Assembly: GCA_963737905.1 (NCBI GenBank)
Contig: CAVTUQ010000026.1
Span: forward strand, 1-64,000
From: an uncultured delta proteobacterium
Lineage (GTDB): Bacteria; Desulfobacterota; Binatia; UBA9968
Length of the DNA: 64,000 bases
Direction of reading: 5' to 3'
The position numbers and the translations under genes were made by a program. Below the pieces are notes generated by a model. That model was given only the letters and a program-made list of their open reading frames with translations, did not search any database and was not told the DNA's origin. Shown here in pieces: positions 1 to 9,510 of the stretch. Each line of letters begins with the position of its first letter. The stretch's first letter is position 1.

Positions 1-115
1 GTCTCAAAAGCTCCTTCTCAAACCCACCACCCATCCACGATACCGGAGTCTCCTTTTACTGAAATAGTTTCAGTAATCAAGCGGGCGGTCAGTTAGGGTC
101 GAGCGATATTGACGG

Positions 116-1096
116 CTAGATAGCGGCGGGCTGGTCGAGCTCGAAGCCGAGATCTTCGATCATCCGGTGCGCGTCGGAGGCTTCTTGACCGGGTGTCGTT
201 AGATAGCCATTCACGAAGATCGAATTTGCGGGGTAAAGACTTAAAGGCTGCAGCGAGCGCAGGTTTACTTCTCTTCCGCCGGCGACACGAATTTCCTTGT
301 TTGGATTGACGAAGCGGAACAGACAAAGGGTCTTCAAGCATTTTTGCGGGGTAAGCTGTTTCTTGGCTTCGAAGGGAGTCTTGGGAATGGAGTGAAGAAA
401 GTTAACGGGAATGGATTCGATATCCATGGCTCTTAGCGTCAGCGCTAGATTAATGATGTCGTCGTCGCTTTCACCCATGCCGATGATGCCGCCCGAGCAG
501 GTGCCCACGCCCGCCGATTTGACGTTCTGAACGGTGGTCACACGGTCGTCAAAGGTGTGGGTGGTTACTATCTCCGGGTGGTGCTCGCGGCTGGTATTAA
601 GGTTATGATTGATCCGGCCGACGCCCACCTCTTTGAGGGTGCGGATTTTATCCTCGCTCATCAAGCCAAGGGAGCAGCAGATGTTGATGCCGACTTTTGC
701 GCGTATTTCTTTGACGGCTTCGGCGATTTCTTGAATTTCTTTGGTCGTCGGTCCGCGCCCGCTGTTGACGATACAGTAACGTACGGCGCCGGCTTCTTTC
801 GCGCGCTTAGCACCTTCCAAGAGTTGTTCCTTTGAAAGGAATGGGTATCGGTCGATGGTGGCTTCAGATACGGAAGATTGAGAGCAGTAGTGGCAGTCCT
901 CCGGACACAAACCGCTTTTCGCGTTTTGCAGCACGTGGATCTGCACCCGTTTGCCGAAGTAGTGATGACGCACTTTGAAGGCCGCGCTGACAAGTTCCGG
1001 GATCTCTTCATCCGACGCGTTGAGCACGGCTTTCATTTCCTCGCGCTCGGGAATGATGCCTTGAAGAGCTTTGTCTGCTAGTAGCTGAAAATCCAT
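116..1096 (-). CDS. bioB: biotin synthase (radical SAM)
   Basis: CPEDCHYCSQS radical-SAM motif, NHNLNTS, CSGGIIGMGE, IPVNFL, AGGRE and YLTT motifs; 326 aa. Confidence 0.96.
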   Translation of the reverse strand: MDFQLLADKALQGIIPEREEMKAVLNASDEEIPELVSAAFKVRHHYFGKRVQIHVLQNAKSGLCPEDCHYCSQSSVSEATIDRYPFLSKEQLLEGAKRAKEAGAVRYCIVNSGRGPTTKEIQEIAEAVKEIRAKVGINICCSLGLMSEDKIRTLKEVGVGRINHNLNTSREHHPEIVTTHTFDDRVTTVQNVKSAGVGTCSGGIIGMGESDDDIINLALTLRAMDIESIPVNFLHSIPKTPFEAKKQLTPQKCLKTLCLFRFVNPNKEIRVAGGREVNLRSLQPLSLYPANSIFVNGYLTTPGQEASDAHRMIEDLGFELDQPAAI

Positions 1097-1150
1097 TCGG
1101 TCCTCCCGGGTCGTTCGCTTTTACCATGCGCCCGCCAAGCGTTCAATGCT

Positions 1151-4100
1151 CTAGTTGCTAGGTTTATTACCTGTCTTTTCCACCGCTAGCCGTGTAACGT
1201 GCTTTAGATCAACTTTTCCCGATCCCAGCAGCGGAATCGAATCGATGCAGTGAATATTCTCGCGTTTCGGAATCCAGAGCTTGGGCAGATCCGACTGATT
1301 GAGTTTTTCCCACAATTCATCTGGAGCCATCCCATTCCGGCTGTAAAAAGCGATCAGTTTTTCACCTCGTTGTTCATCGGGTACAGCGGTCACCACGCTT
1401 GCCGCGTCGCCGAGGAACTTGTTGATGGCTTCCTCGATTACCATGTGGGGGATCATTTCCCCGCCGACCTTACTGAAACGCGATATCCGGTCCGTGATGG
1501 TGATGAAACCGTCTTCGTCCAGGGAACCGATATCCCCGGTAACATACCAACCGTTGCGCAGCGCCTGTTCAGTGAGCTCCGGCTGGCCGAGGTAGCCGAG
1601 CATGCGGTTGGCTCCATTGGCGATGAGCATACCCTCCTGCCCCGGCGGGAGGGTATGACCGGTGTCGGGGTCGACCGCTTTAACCGCTACACCCGGAATC
1701 GGGTGACCCACGGTGCCCGGCTTATGACCAGTCTGCGGCTCTGGCGCGTCGACTACGTCCGGTAGGTTGACGGAAACAACCGGCGCCAGCTCGGTGCAGC
1801 CGTAGCCTTGTAATAGCTCGATCCCATATTTTTCCTTGAAGGCTTTGCGAATCTGATCTCGCAGTTTCTCTGCGCCGGCGATGACGTAACGCAACGTGGC
1901 AAATTCCTCGACCGTGCATCGCCTCATGTATCCGGCGTAGAACGTCGGTGTGCTGATCAGGATAGTGGCTCGGTATTTCTGTACGGTTTCACCGATCGTC
2001 TTAGCGTCCATAGGATTGGGATGATAGATGGCTCCAAAGCCGACGATCAGCGGAAGCCACAATGAAATGCTGAAACCGAAGGAGTGAAAAAACGGAAGAA
2101 CGCCCATGACTCTGTCGCTGCGATTAAAATGGATCACCTGGCAAACGCTTTCGATGTTGGTGAGTATGTTGTGGTGCGATAGCATGACGCCCTTCGGGGT
2201 TCCGGTGCTGCCGCTGGAGAATATGACGGTCGCTAGGTCCCCGGTTTTTTGATTCTTGCCGTAGTGGTGTTCTAAGACACGGCTTGGAAGCAAAAAGGCA
2301 CTGATGAACGCGAGCAGTTTGTGAGGCGAGGTGAAACTCTTTCGGATCTCTTCCAAAAAGACCATCCCGGGTATTTCAGTAATGTTCGCCTTGGACAAGA
2401 AGAGCCGGGACGTAATGATCGTCTTGATTCCGCATTGCTGAATCGCGGTATTCATCGTTTCCGGCCCCGCTGTGAAATTCAGATTGACCGGAATTTTTCC
2501 GGCCAACACGACGGCGATATTGGTCAGCGCTCCGCCAGCAGAGGCGGGAAGTAGGATTCCAACCATTGAGTCGTTTGGCCGATGCTTTCGCACCCAGCGG
2601 GAAAGCAGCATGCTGCCGATCAAGGTTTTCCCAAAGGACAATTCGGTGCCGGTGGTGTCCGCCATGCAGAAGGAGGACCAAAGACGCTTCGCCGTCCGGA
2701 TAAACCTAGTGTGAAGCAAGCCCTGTGTGGCGCGGCGATAGTCAAACGCTTGGCTTTCGAGTTCCAACACGGCTTGGCGGACTTCCTGTACCGTCGCGGT
2801 AGACGGGAGCGGTGCTCCGAAAGAGACGGTTACGGGGTAGGGCCGCAGCTTCGGCCGTTTCCAAAAGAAGCGGCCTTCTTTGAAACTAAAGATGCTGCCC
2901 CAGAGCTGGTCCAAATGAACGGGAATGATCGGAAAGTCTGTCCCCTGGACGATCTTTTCGAAGCCACGCTTGAAAGGCAGCAGATGCCCAATGCGGCTGA
3001 TGGCGCCTTCGGCGAAAATGCAAACCACCTGGCCTTGTTGCAATTCTTTTCGAGCACTTCGCAACGCACGAACGATATCGCGCGGGTTGGTCGCTGTGAT
3101 CGGAATGGACTTCATGAGGCGGAAAAGCCAGTTGAGCCCTCGGATATCGTAGTATTCACGGTCCAGCATAAACCGAACGAACCGCGGCACGGAAGCGCCG
3201 ATAGGAAGCGCATCGACGAAGGAAACGTGATTAGAGACCAGCAGGGCTGGACCGTTGAGCGGAATATTCTCCTGCCCGACGATTCGAATGCGATATAAAG
3301 TGTGGGTGAGTATCCAGAGAATGAAGCGAACGAAGAAGTCGGGCAAAACGTATAGGGCATAAAGCGTCAAAACAAAAGTCAGGAGTCCCAGAATCAGAAT
3401 GATTTGATCCGCCTGAAAATGGAGCCAGGTGGCTAATCCCCACAGCATGGCAGAAGCTAGCAGTACGCCTATAGTGTTGAACACGTTGTTCGTCGCGATG
3501 AGCCGGCCCTTGTCCTCCCGTCCGCTACGTTGTTGCAATAGGGCATTGAGGGGAACCGCGAAAAATCCGCCTGCGAATCCTATGAGCACCAGGCAAATCG
3601 CTGCTAAATCGAAGGAAGGCTGAGAAAGAAAAAGCAACACCGAGAATGCGCCCATTCCTACGGAACCCAGCGGCACCAGCCCCAGTTCGATCTTGTCGCC
3701 CGACAAACGACCGGCCGCGAGGCTGCCGACACCGATGCCGACGGCGGCGAAAGTCCAAAGGAGTCCGATGCGAGTCTCGCCTAGTTGCAATATCTCTTTT
3801 CCAAACAGGGGAAGAACCATCTGAAGAAACGCGCCGAGAAACCAGAAGTAAGAGATTCCCATCACGGTAAGCCAGAGGGGTCGGTCCATATAGAGTCGTT
3901 TAGTGCCGTCCCAGATTTCAGCGACCGGGTTGATCACGAATTTCTTAGTCGAGCCGGAGGCGGGAACCCGGGTGATCCCCCAGCTCGTGATCGTTCCAAG
4001 TACGGCAATCGCAATCAGAACGACACCGATCCAACCTAGACGATCTTTCCAAGCTTCATAGATCGTACCGCCGAACGAAGTCCCAAGGATGATCGCCATG

Positions 4101-4555
4101 AAAGTACTCATTTCAAGCAGCCCGTTGCCGCGGGAAAGATCTTTTTCAGGGAGCATTTCGGGAAGGATCCCGTATTTTGCCGGACTGAAAAACGTCGAGT
4201 GCAAGCCCATGAGAAATACCACCGCTAACATTGGCTCCAGACGATCCGTAAAAAACGCCAGCAACCCCAGCGCCATGGCGAAGATTTCAAAAACTTTAAT
4301 TGCGATTAAAATTTTTCGCTTGCTGTGAACGTCGGCGAGGTACCCTGCATAACCCGAAAAGAGCAGGAAAGGTAAAATAAAAAGGCCCCCGATCAAGGGT
4401 ATATATTGGATTCCGCCACTTGCCGGTATGTCTAAGGCGACTAATGTGACGATGATCTTGTAGAAGTTATCGTTGAAGGCGCCGAGGAACTGTGTCCAAA
4501 AAAAACAGAAAAAGCCTCGGTCTTTCAGGATGTCGATGTATTTCCCTGTGGCCAT
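1151..4555 (-). CDS. aas: acyl-[ACP]--phospholipid O-acyltransferase: MFS (LplT-like) + PlsC acyltransferase + AMP-binding acyl-ACP synthetase fusion
   Basis: N-terminal multi-TM MFS (TQFLGAFNDN, FFSPAKYGILPE), NHVSFVD and FAEG acyltransferase motifs, FSSGSTGTPKG and GYGCTE AMP-binding motifs. Start placed at ATG 4555 (MATGKY); the ORF extends to 4663. Confidence 0.92.
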   Translation of the reverse strand: MATGKYIDILKDRGFFCFFWTQFLGAFNDNFYKIIVTLVALDIPASGGIQYIPLIGGLFILPFLLFSGYAGYLADVHSKRKILIAIKVFEIFAMALGLLAFFTDRLEPMLAVVFLMGLHSTFFSPAKYGILPEMLPEKDLSRGNGLLEMSTFMAIILGTSFGGTIYEAWKDRLGWIGVVLIAIAVLGTITSWGITRVPASGSTKKFVINPVAEIWDGTKRLYMDRPLWLTVMGISYFWFLGAFLQMVLPLFGKEILQLGETRIGLLWTFAAVGIGVGSLAAGRLSGDKIELGLVPLGSVGMGAFSVLLFLSQPSFDLAAICLVLIGFAGGFFAVPLNALLQQRSGREDKGRLIATNNVFNTIGVLLASAMLWGLATWLHFQADQIILILGLLTFVLTLYALYVLPDFFVRFILWILTHTLYRIRIVGQENIPLNGPALLVSNHVSFVDALPIGASVPRFVRFMLDREYYDIRGLNWLFRLMKSIPITATNPRDIVRALRSARKELQQGQVVCIFAEGAISRIGHLLPFKRGFEKIVQGTDFPIIPVHLDQLWGSIFSFKEGRFFWKRPKLRPYPVTVSFGAPLPSTATVQEVRQAVLELESQAFDYRRATQGLLHTRFIRTAKRLWSSFCMADTTGTELSFGKTLIGSMLLSRWVRKHRPNDSMVGILLPASAGGALTNIAVVLAGKIPVNLNFTAGPETMNTAIQQCGIKTIITSRLFLSKANITEIPGMVFLEEIRKSFTSPHKLLAFISAFLLPSRVLEHHYGKNQKTGDLATVIFSSGSTGTPKGVMLSHHNILTNIESVCQVIHFNRSDRVMGVLPFFHSFGFSISLWLPLIVGFGAIYHPNPMDAKTIGETVQKYRATILISTPTFYAGYMRRCTVEEFATLRYVIAGAEKLRDQIRKAFKEKYGIELLQGYGCTELAPVVSVNLPDVVDAPEPQTGHKPGTVGHPIPGVAVKAVDPDTGHTLPPGQEGMLIANGANRMLGYLGQPELTEQALRNGWYVTGDIGSLDEDGFITITDRISRFSKVGGEMIPHMVIEEAINKFLGDAASVVTAVPDEQRGEKLIAFYSRNGMAPDELWEKLNQSDLPKLWIPKRENIHCIDSIPLLGSGKVDLKHVTRLAVEKTGNKPSN

Positions 4556-4692
4556 AAGTATTGACGGTGTCCGGCGGCCTATTTTCGGGCGAAAGGGGAG
4601 CACAATGCAAGAGTTGTCCCGCATTTTTGCGGGCGCAGGAAAGTCTTGCCATCGAGGTTGCATAGTGTCGAGGATATCAACATAATTTAACC

Positions 4693-5463
4693 ATGGAATT
4701 CACGTGGCTCAAGGTTCCTGAGTGGGACAGATATGAAGATTTGCTGCACGGCTTCATGGGACGGCAGGGCGGCCAGAGCACGGGTCCCTACGCCGGACTC
4801 AATGTTTCCTATCGCGTCGGCGATGATGCCAAGATCGTCAGCCAAAATGTCTGCGATATGAAGCAGGCCGTGGGTATTCACGATGGGCGCATTATCACGA
4901 TGAGGCAGGTTCACGGCGACCAGATTATCGGAGTGAAGGACAAAAATACTAAAGAAGCCGGAGAGGCTGACGGCATGCTCACGCGAGAGATGGATGCCTT
5001 TCTCGGAGTCCTCACCGCCGATTGCGTGCCGATCCTTTTTGTTGCCCCCGATAAAAAGATTGTGGCGGCGGTTCATGCCGGTTGGCGCGGTACTTTGGCG
5101 GGCATCGCGGCAAAGATGGTCCGACTTTTGAACAGCCAACAAGGCATTTCGTCCGATGCGGTCGAAGCGGCCTTGGGGCCGGCAATCGGTCCGTGCTGCT
5201 ACGAGGTTAAAGAAGATGTTTCGCGTCCCCTAATCGAGGGGTGGGGACAGCTCGCCGAGCCGTGTATCGAGATTCGGCACGGCAAGACGTACTTCAATTT
5301 GCGCCGTCTCAATCGCGCAATACTAGAGCAAGCCGGCCTGCCTTCGAAGCAAATCTATGACGTTGGCCCTTGCACGAGCTGTGCGCCGGATGAGTTCTTT
5401 TCATATCGGCGCGAAAAAAAAGAAACCGGCCGCCAGATTAGCTTTATCGGTTGGGCGTCCTAA
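4693..5463 (+). CDS. pgeF: peptidoglycan editing factor / purine nucleoside phosphorylase YfiH family
   Basis: QVHG, TADCVPIL, HAGWRG, GPAIGPCCYEV, CT and FFSYRR motifs. Confidence 0.93.
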   Translation: MEFTWLKVPEWDRYEDLLHGFMGRQGGQSTGPYAGLNVSYRVGDDAKIVSQNVCDMKQAVGIHDGRIITMRQVHGDQIIGVKDKNTKEAGEADGMLTREMDAFLGVLTADCVPILFVAPDKKIVAAVHAGWRGTLAGIAAKMVRLLNSQQGISSDAVEAALGPAIGPCCYEVKEDVSRPLIEGWGQLAEPCIEIRHGKTYFNLRRLNRAILEQAGLPSKQIYDVGPCTSCAPDEFFSYRREKKETGRQISFIGWAS

Positions 5464-5527
5464 AGATCGACGTTGCTGCGGTTTTGCTTGCCGTTATTTA
5501 TCGATACTAAAAAAATCGATTTTCTAA

Positions 5528-5556
5528 TTGACAGTTAAGGACCATTTTCCTAAACT
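5528..5556 (+). promoter_or_regulatory. sigma70-type promoter driving the sORF/sRNA unit
   Basis: TTGACA (5528-5533), exact 17-bp spacer, TAAACT (5551-5556). Confidence 0.75.
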
Positions 5557-5588
5557 ACGATTCAGCAGGGAAAGGAGGTGGTCCAGAC

Positions 5589-5633
5589 ATGAATGATGAT
5601 AATTGTACTGTCTGCGAGGTGGCTGAGACTTAG
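5589..5633 (+). CDS. 14-aa sORF MNDDNCTVCEVAET (CxxC), or the coding part of a dual-function sRNA
   Basis: ATG..TAG preceded by an extended SD (GAAAGGAGGTGGTCCAG, 5570-5586), lying between a consensus promoter and a terminator. Confidence 0.55.
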   Translation: MNDDNCTVCEVAET

Positions 5634-5700
5634 GCTCTAGGCGGGATCTTTGACGGGGGTTCAGGCCTGGAGCCTGGGAATCCCCCTCAGTCCACCTAGG

Positions 5701-5751
5701 GGTCCGCTCCAACGGTCGCGTTAGCTACCGGATGGAGCGGACCTTTTTTTT
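5701..5751 (+). terminator. Rho-independent terminator
   Basis: GGTCCGCTCCA...TGGAGCGGACC perfect 11-bp stem followed by a T8 run; overlaps the 3' end of the convergent HEAT gene. Confidence 0.8.
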
Positions 5752-6446
5752 AGGATGTCAAAGGCGGTGAGTGCGGCTTTTTTTAGTTGCACATTGTCGC
5801 TCGCGCTCGCTTTCTCCAGTTCACTTAGAAACTTTTCCGACGGAGATCCCAGCTGCGCTAGAATAACTGCTGCGCTGTTGCGAACTCTAAGATCCTCGTC
5901 CTTTAAGAATAGTAACAATAATTCGTTCTTCCCATTCTCACTAAGGCCAGGCTGCATTTTTAGACTCGTGGCGGCGGCTACCCTAACCGTTGGATCAGGG
6001 TCGCGCAGGGAATTCAAAAGCGCCTGTACGCTCTCTTCATCCGTCAGTCCCACGTCGCGTAGAGAATAAATCGCCATCCTTCTCTGGTTGGCTGTTCCTT
6101 TTGAAGCGAGCTGGATGAGTAGTTTTGAGACTTGTCTGTCCGTGTGTGCCAAGCGAATAAGGATCAGAGCGACGGCCCAACGAATATCCGGATCCCGATG
6201 GTCGAGTGTTTCTATTAAAACCTGAATGCTGGATTGAGGGGGTGAGGGGAGGCTAGCCAATATGTAGGCGATAGGCCAACGATTCTTACGGGTCGGGTCG
6301 TTCAGCAAGTCAATGAGAGTTGTTGTTATTTGAGCATCATCGGCTGCCATGCCTATGAGCGCATCGACCAGTTTCCGCAATGTGGGCTTGTCCGACGTCT
6401 CTAGGTCGGCGATCAGGGTAGCGATCTTGTTATCGCCACGATCCAT
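5721..6446 (-). CDS. HEAT repeat (PBS lyase-like) protein
   Basis: repeated LxDxDPxVRxxAAxxL units (LDHRDPDIRWAVALIL, LRDPDPTVRVAAATSL, LKDEDLRVRNSAAVIL); alternative start at 6458. Confidence 0.85.
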   Translation of the reverse strand: MDRGDNKIATLIADLETSDKPTLRKLVDALIGMAADDAQITTTLIDLLNDPTRKNRWPIAYILASLPSPPQSSIQVLIETLDHRDPDIRWAVALILIRLAHTDRQVSKLLIQLASKGTANQRRMAIYSLRDVGLTDEESVQALLNSLRDPDPTVRVAAATSLKMQPGLSENGKNELLLLFLKDEDLRVRNSAAVILAQLGSPSEKFLSELEKASASDNVQLKKAALTAFDILKKRSAPSGS

Positions 6447-6485
6447 GAGGTTGCGCAATAGCTAGCCGAGCGGTTGAGGGGAAGA

Positions 6486-7685
6486 CTAAATCTCAAGAAA
6501 TTGCGGGCAGTCCGTCAGATTGCGGTTTCCCTTTTCCGTTACAAGCACAACATCTTCAAGACGCACGCCACCGACGCCCAAATAATAGAGTCCAGGTTCC
6601 ACGGTGACCACATGTCCCGTTCGCAGAGTTGCCTCAACCGGGGCGATCCGCGGGGGCTCGTGGATATCCAAGCCCAGCCCATGTCCTGTGCCGTGAAAGA
6701 ATCCTTGCATCCTCCCCTTGATCCTTCCCGTTGGAAAGCCGCGTGTCTCGAACGAATCTAGAATCTTTTGGTGAACCTCTCTGCCATTGATGCCGTCGCG
6801 AATCATATCGAAACCGATTTGTTGACCCGCTTGGACCGTGGCATAAATCTCTTTGAGCTTGTCGGTGGCACGCCCACGTACCACCGTTCGGCTGAGATCG
6901 CCGAAGTAGCCATTCTTCTGGGAACGGGGAAAGATGTCGAAGATAATCGATGTGTGTGCTTTGATCGGACCTGTCCCTTCGTGGTGGGGATCGACACACT
7001 GATTGCCCGAAGAAATGATGGTATGGCTGGGGAGCCATCCCTGCGCCATGATCGTCGTATTGACAGCGGTCTTCAGGGTTTCCGAAGTCAGCCTTGAGCC
7101 GTTGAGGTAGAGGTACCCATCCCGCCCAAACTTTGTCCTCTTGAGTACTCGTAGGCCCGCCTCCAGCCCCAGTTTCGCGACCCGCAAAGATTCAGTGATG
7201 TGTCTGACCTCGTCAGCGGCTTTGGTTTCTCGCTCGGCGAAAAAAGGATCCCGTTTGATTTGTATGGTGAACCCCTTGGCTCTTAACTGATCGGCCAACA
7301 GCGCGGAAAAATTCGCGGGAACGATGAGGGAGCGGATGCCTCTTTCGCGGAAGAGCAGATCGAGAACATCGATCATCGCCGGGCTTGCGGTTCCCTTCTT
7401 GCGCAACTTCTTCTGATAGAGCGAAAGGGACAAAACTCGATCCACATGGGCCTGTTTTTTGGCCCGGTCGACCTCCAGGTCGCTCATGACGACGTAGGTG
7501 GTTTTCTTATGTTGAAAAAAGATAAACGGATCTGGAACGAAAAAACCGGCCGCGTAGAGCATGTTGGAGTCGCCTTCGCTGGCGGAAACGAGGAGAATCG
7601 CCTGATCGCTTCTGAGCTCGCGGGTATTATGTTCGGGAGACGAGAGGCTTTTCGCTTTGGGCCGATTGCTTTTGGTTTCGAACAT
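6486..7685 (-). CDS. Xaa-Pro peptidase family (M24B) protein
   Basis: PH, DxxP..YFGD, HGTGHGLGLDIHE, TVEPGLY and GVRLEDVV metal-binding motifs. Confidence 0.92.
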   Translation of the reverse strand: MFETKSNRPKAKSLSSPEHNTRELRSDQAILLVSASEGDSNMLYAAGFFVPDPFIFFQHKKTTYVVMSDLEVDRAKKQAHVDRVLSLSLYQKKLRKKGTASPAMIDVLDLLFRERGIRSLIVPANFSALLADQLRAKGFTIQIKRDPFFAERETKAADEVRHITESLRVAKLGLEAGLRVLKRTKFGRDGYLYLNGSRLTSETLKTAVNTTIMAQGWLPSHTIISSGNQCVDPHHEGTGPIKAHTSIIFDIFPRSQKNGYFGDLSRTVVRGRATDKLKEIYATVQAGQQIGFDMIRDGINGREVHQKILDSFETRGFPTGRIKGRMQGFFHGTGHGLGLDIHEPPRIAPVEATLRTGHVVTVEPGLYYLGVGGVRLEDVVLVTEKGNRNLTDCPQFLEI

Positions 7686-7880
7686 GACCTGTCGTTAGGC
7701 GCGGGATATCGGGCGTTTATTCGTCCGTGGAAGTGTCAAGCTAGCAATTTCACGGCAGAACTTCAAGGCTTCTAGAGAGCGCAACGGGCAAATTCTGTTG
7801 ACACACTAGGCGCTTTTGTTATGATCGGCGGACTCACTTGTGATTTCAAGCCTGACTCCGCATCTAAGGAAACTTTCTTC

Positions 7881-9431
7881 ATGACCACGACGAGCAATTT
7901 CGACAAGCTTCGCGACTTCAACCAAAAAGCCGAAGCCGGCGGCGGAGCGCAACGGGCGCAGCGCCAACATGAACAGGGAAAGTTGTTGGCGCGGGAGCGT
8001 CTCGACATTCTCCTCGATAACGGGAGCTTCGTTGAATTGGACCGGTTTCGGACCCATGAATGTAGCGATTTCAGTATGGATCAACAAAAGTTTTTGGGCG
8101 ATGCCGTAGTCACCGGGTATGGCGCCATCGATGGCCGCCTGGTGTATGTCTATTCGCAAGACTTTACGGTTTTCGGCGGCAGTTTGAGCGGGGTCGTGGC
8201 GGAAAAGATCTGTAAGGTAATGGATATGGCGGTGAAGAACGGCGCGCCGATCGTCGGCATCAACGACTCCGGCGGCGCTCGCATTCAAGAAGGCGTCACG
8301 AGCCTTGCGGGATATGGAGAGATCTTTCAAAGAAACGTCATGGCTTCAGGGGTCGTGCCGCAAATTTCCGCGATCATGGGGCCTTGCGCGGGCGGAGCCG
8401 TCTATTCGCCGGCGATCACGGATTTCATCTTCATGGTGAAAACCAACAGCTATATGTTCATTACCGGGCCCGAGGTGATCAAGGCGGTAACCCACGAGGA
8501 GGTCACGAAGGAGGATCTGGGCGGTGCCGAGACCCACAGCGCCAAGAGCGGGGTAGCCCATTTCACCGCGAACACAGAAAAAGATTGTTTGTTGATGATC
8601 CGAGAACTGATCAGCTTCTTGCCCAGCAATAACCAGGAAGATCCGCCGTTTCATCCGACCAATGACGACCCATTGCGGCGCGACAAGAAACTTCGCGACT
8701 TGGTGCCCGACAATCCAAACCGCCCTTACGACATGAAAGAGTTGATTGCCGCCGTTGTCGACGAGAGCTATTTCTATGAGGTGCAGCGCGAATTCGCGCC
8801 GAATATCCTGGTCGGCTTCGCGCGCTTGGGTGGCCGTCCGGTAGGAATCGTCGCCAATCAACCTGCAAACCTGGCGGGATGTCTCGATATCAATGCCTCC
8901 GTCAAAGCCGCGCGATTCATTCGGTTCTGCGATTGTTTCAATATACCCGTCGTGACTTTCGTCGACGTACCTGGTTTCTTGCCGGGCACGTCCCAGGAAT
9001 ACGACGGTATTATCCGGCACGGGGCGAAGTTGCTTTACGCCTATGCCGAGGCCACGGTGCCCAAGGTGACGGTTGTGACGAGGAAGGCCTATGGCGGCGG
9101 CTATATCGTGATGTCGAGCAAGCATCTTCGCGGCGATATCAACCTGGCTTATCCGACCGGAGAGATTGCGGTCATGGGTCCGGAGGGCGCCATCAGTATC
9201 GTTTTTCGCGACGCACTCAAAAAAGCCACGGATCCTCTCAAAGCCCGCGACGAAATGGTCCAGCAATACCGTGAGACTTTTGCCAACCCATTCAAGGCGG
9301 CGGAGTCCGGCTACGTCGATGCCGTGATCTATCCGGAGGATACTCGGCCGACACTCATTCGATCCTTGGAGATGCTCAAAAATAAGCAGGATCATAATCC
9401 CGCTAAGAAACACGGGAATATACCGCTCTAA
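7881..9431 (+). CDS. pccB: acyl-CoA (propionyl/methylmalonyl-CoA type) carboxylase, carboxyltransferase beta subunit
   Basis: [53 protein letters not shown]; start at ATG 7881. Confidence 0.93.
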   Translation: MTTTSNFDKLRDFNQKAEAGGGAQRAQRQHEQGKLLARERLDILLDNGSFVELDRFRTHECSDFSMDQQKFLGDAVVTGYGAIDGRLVYVYSQDFTVFGGSLSGVVAEKICKVMDMAVKNGAPIVGINDSGGARIQEGVTSLAGYGEIFQRNVMASGVVPQISAIMGPCAGGAVYSPAITDFIFMVKTNSYMFITGPEVIKAVTHEEVTKEDLGGAETHSAKSGVAHFTANTEKDCLLMIRELISFLPSNNQEDPPFHPTNDDPLRRDKKLRDLVPDNPNRPYDMKELIAAVVDESYFYEVQREFAPNILVGFARLGGRPVGIVANQPANLAGCLDINASVKAARFIRFCDCFNIPVVTFVDVPGFLPGTSQEYDGIIRHGAKLLYAYAEATVPKVTVVTRKAYGGGYIVMSSKHLRGDINLAYPTGEIAVMGPEGAISIVFRDALKKATDPLKARDEMVQQYRETFANPFKAAESGYVDAVIYPEDTRPTLIRSLEMLKNKQDHNPAKKHGNIPL

Positions 9432-9458
9432 AAACGAACGGAACCTCAGCAGAAACGG

Positions 9459-9497
9459 GTTCAAGCCGTTCAAAAGGTTCAAAACGTTCAAGACGTT
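9459..9497 (+). repeat. 9-bp period tandem repeat (GTTCAAnnn)x4, dispersed family copy 1
   Basis: gttcaagcc gttcaaaag gttcaaaac gttcaagac. Confidence 0.8.
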
Positions 9498-9510
9498 TTT
9501 TGGACTCCAA

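Noticed and set aside
5570-5588. Fragment of a 16S rRNA gene on the minus strand
   Set aside because: Similarity is limited to ~17 nt; the flanks do not continue as 16S or ITS sequence, so it is treated as an extended SD-like motif.
116-5633. RiPP system (radical SAM + peptidase + Cys-containing peptide)
   Set aside because: The radical SAM is a canonical BioB with no SPASM/RRE domain, and the neighbours are housekeeping genes.
5560-5751. 6S RNA, tmRNA or riboswitch
   Set aside because: The size is similar to 6S, but I see no end-to-end rod with a central bubble, no tRNA-like ends or tag-like ORF ending, and no downstream gene to regulate. An Rfam scan is still needed.
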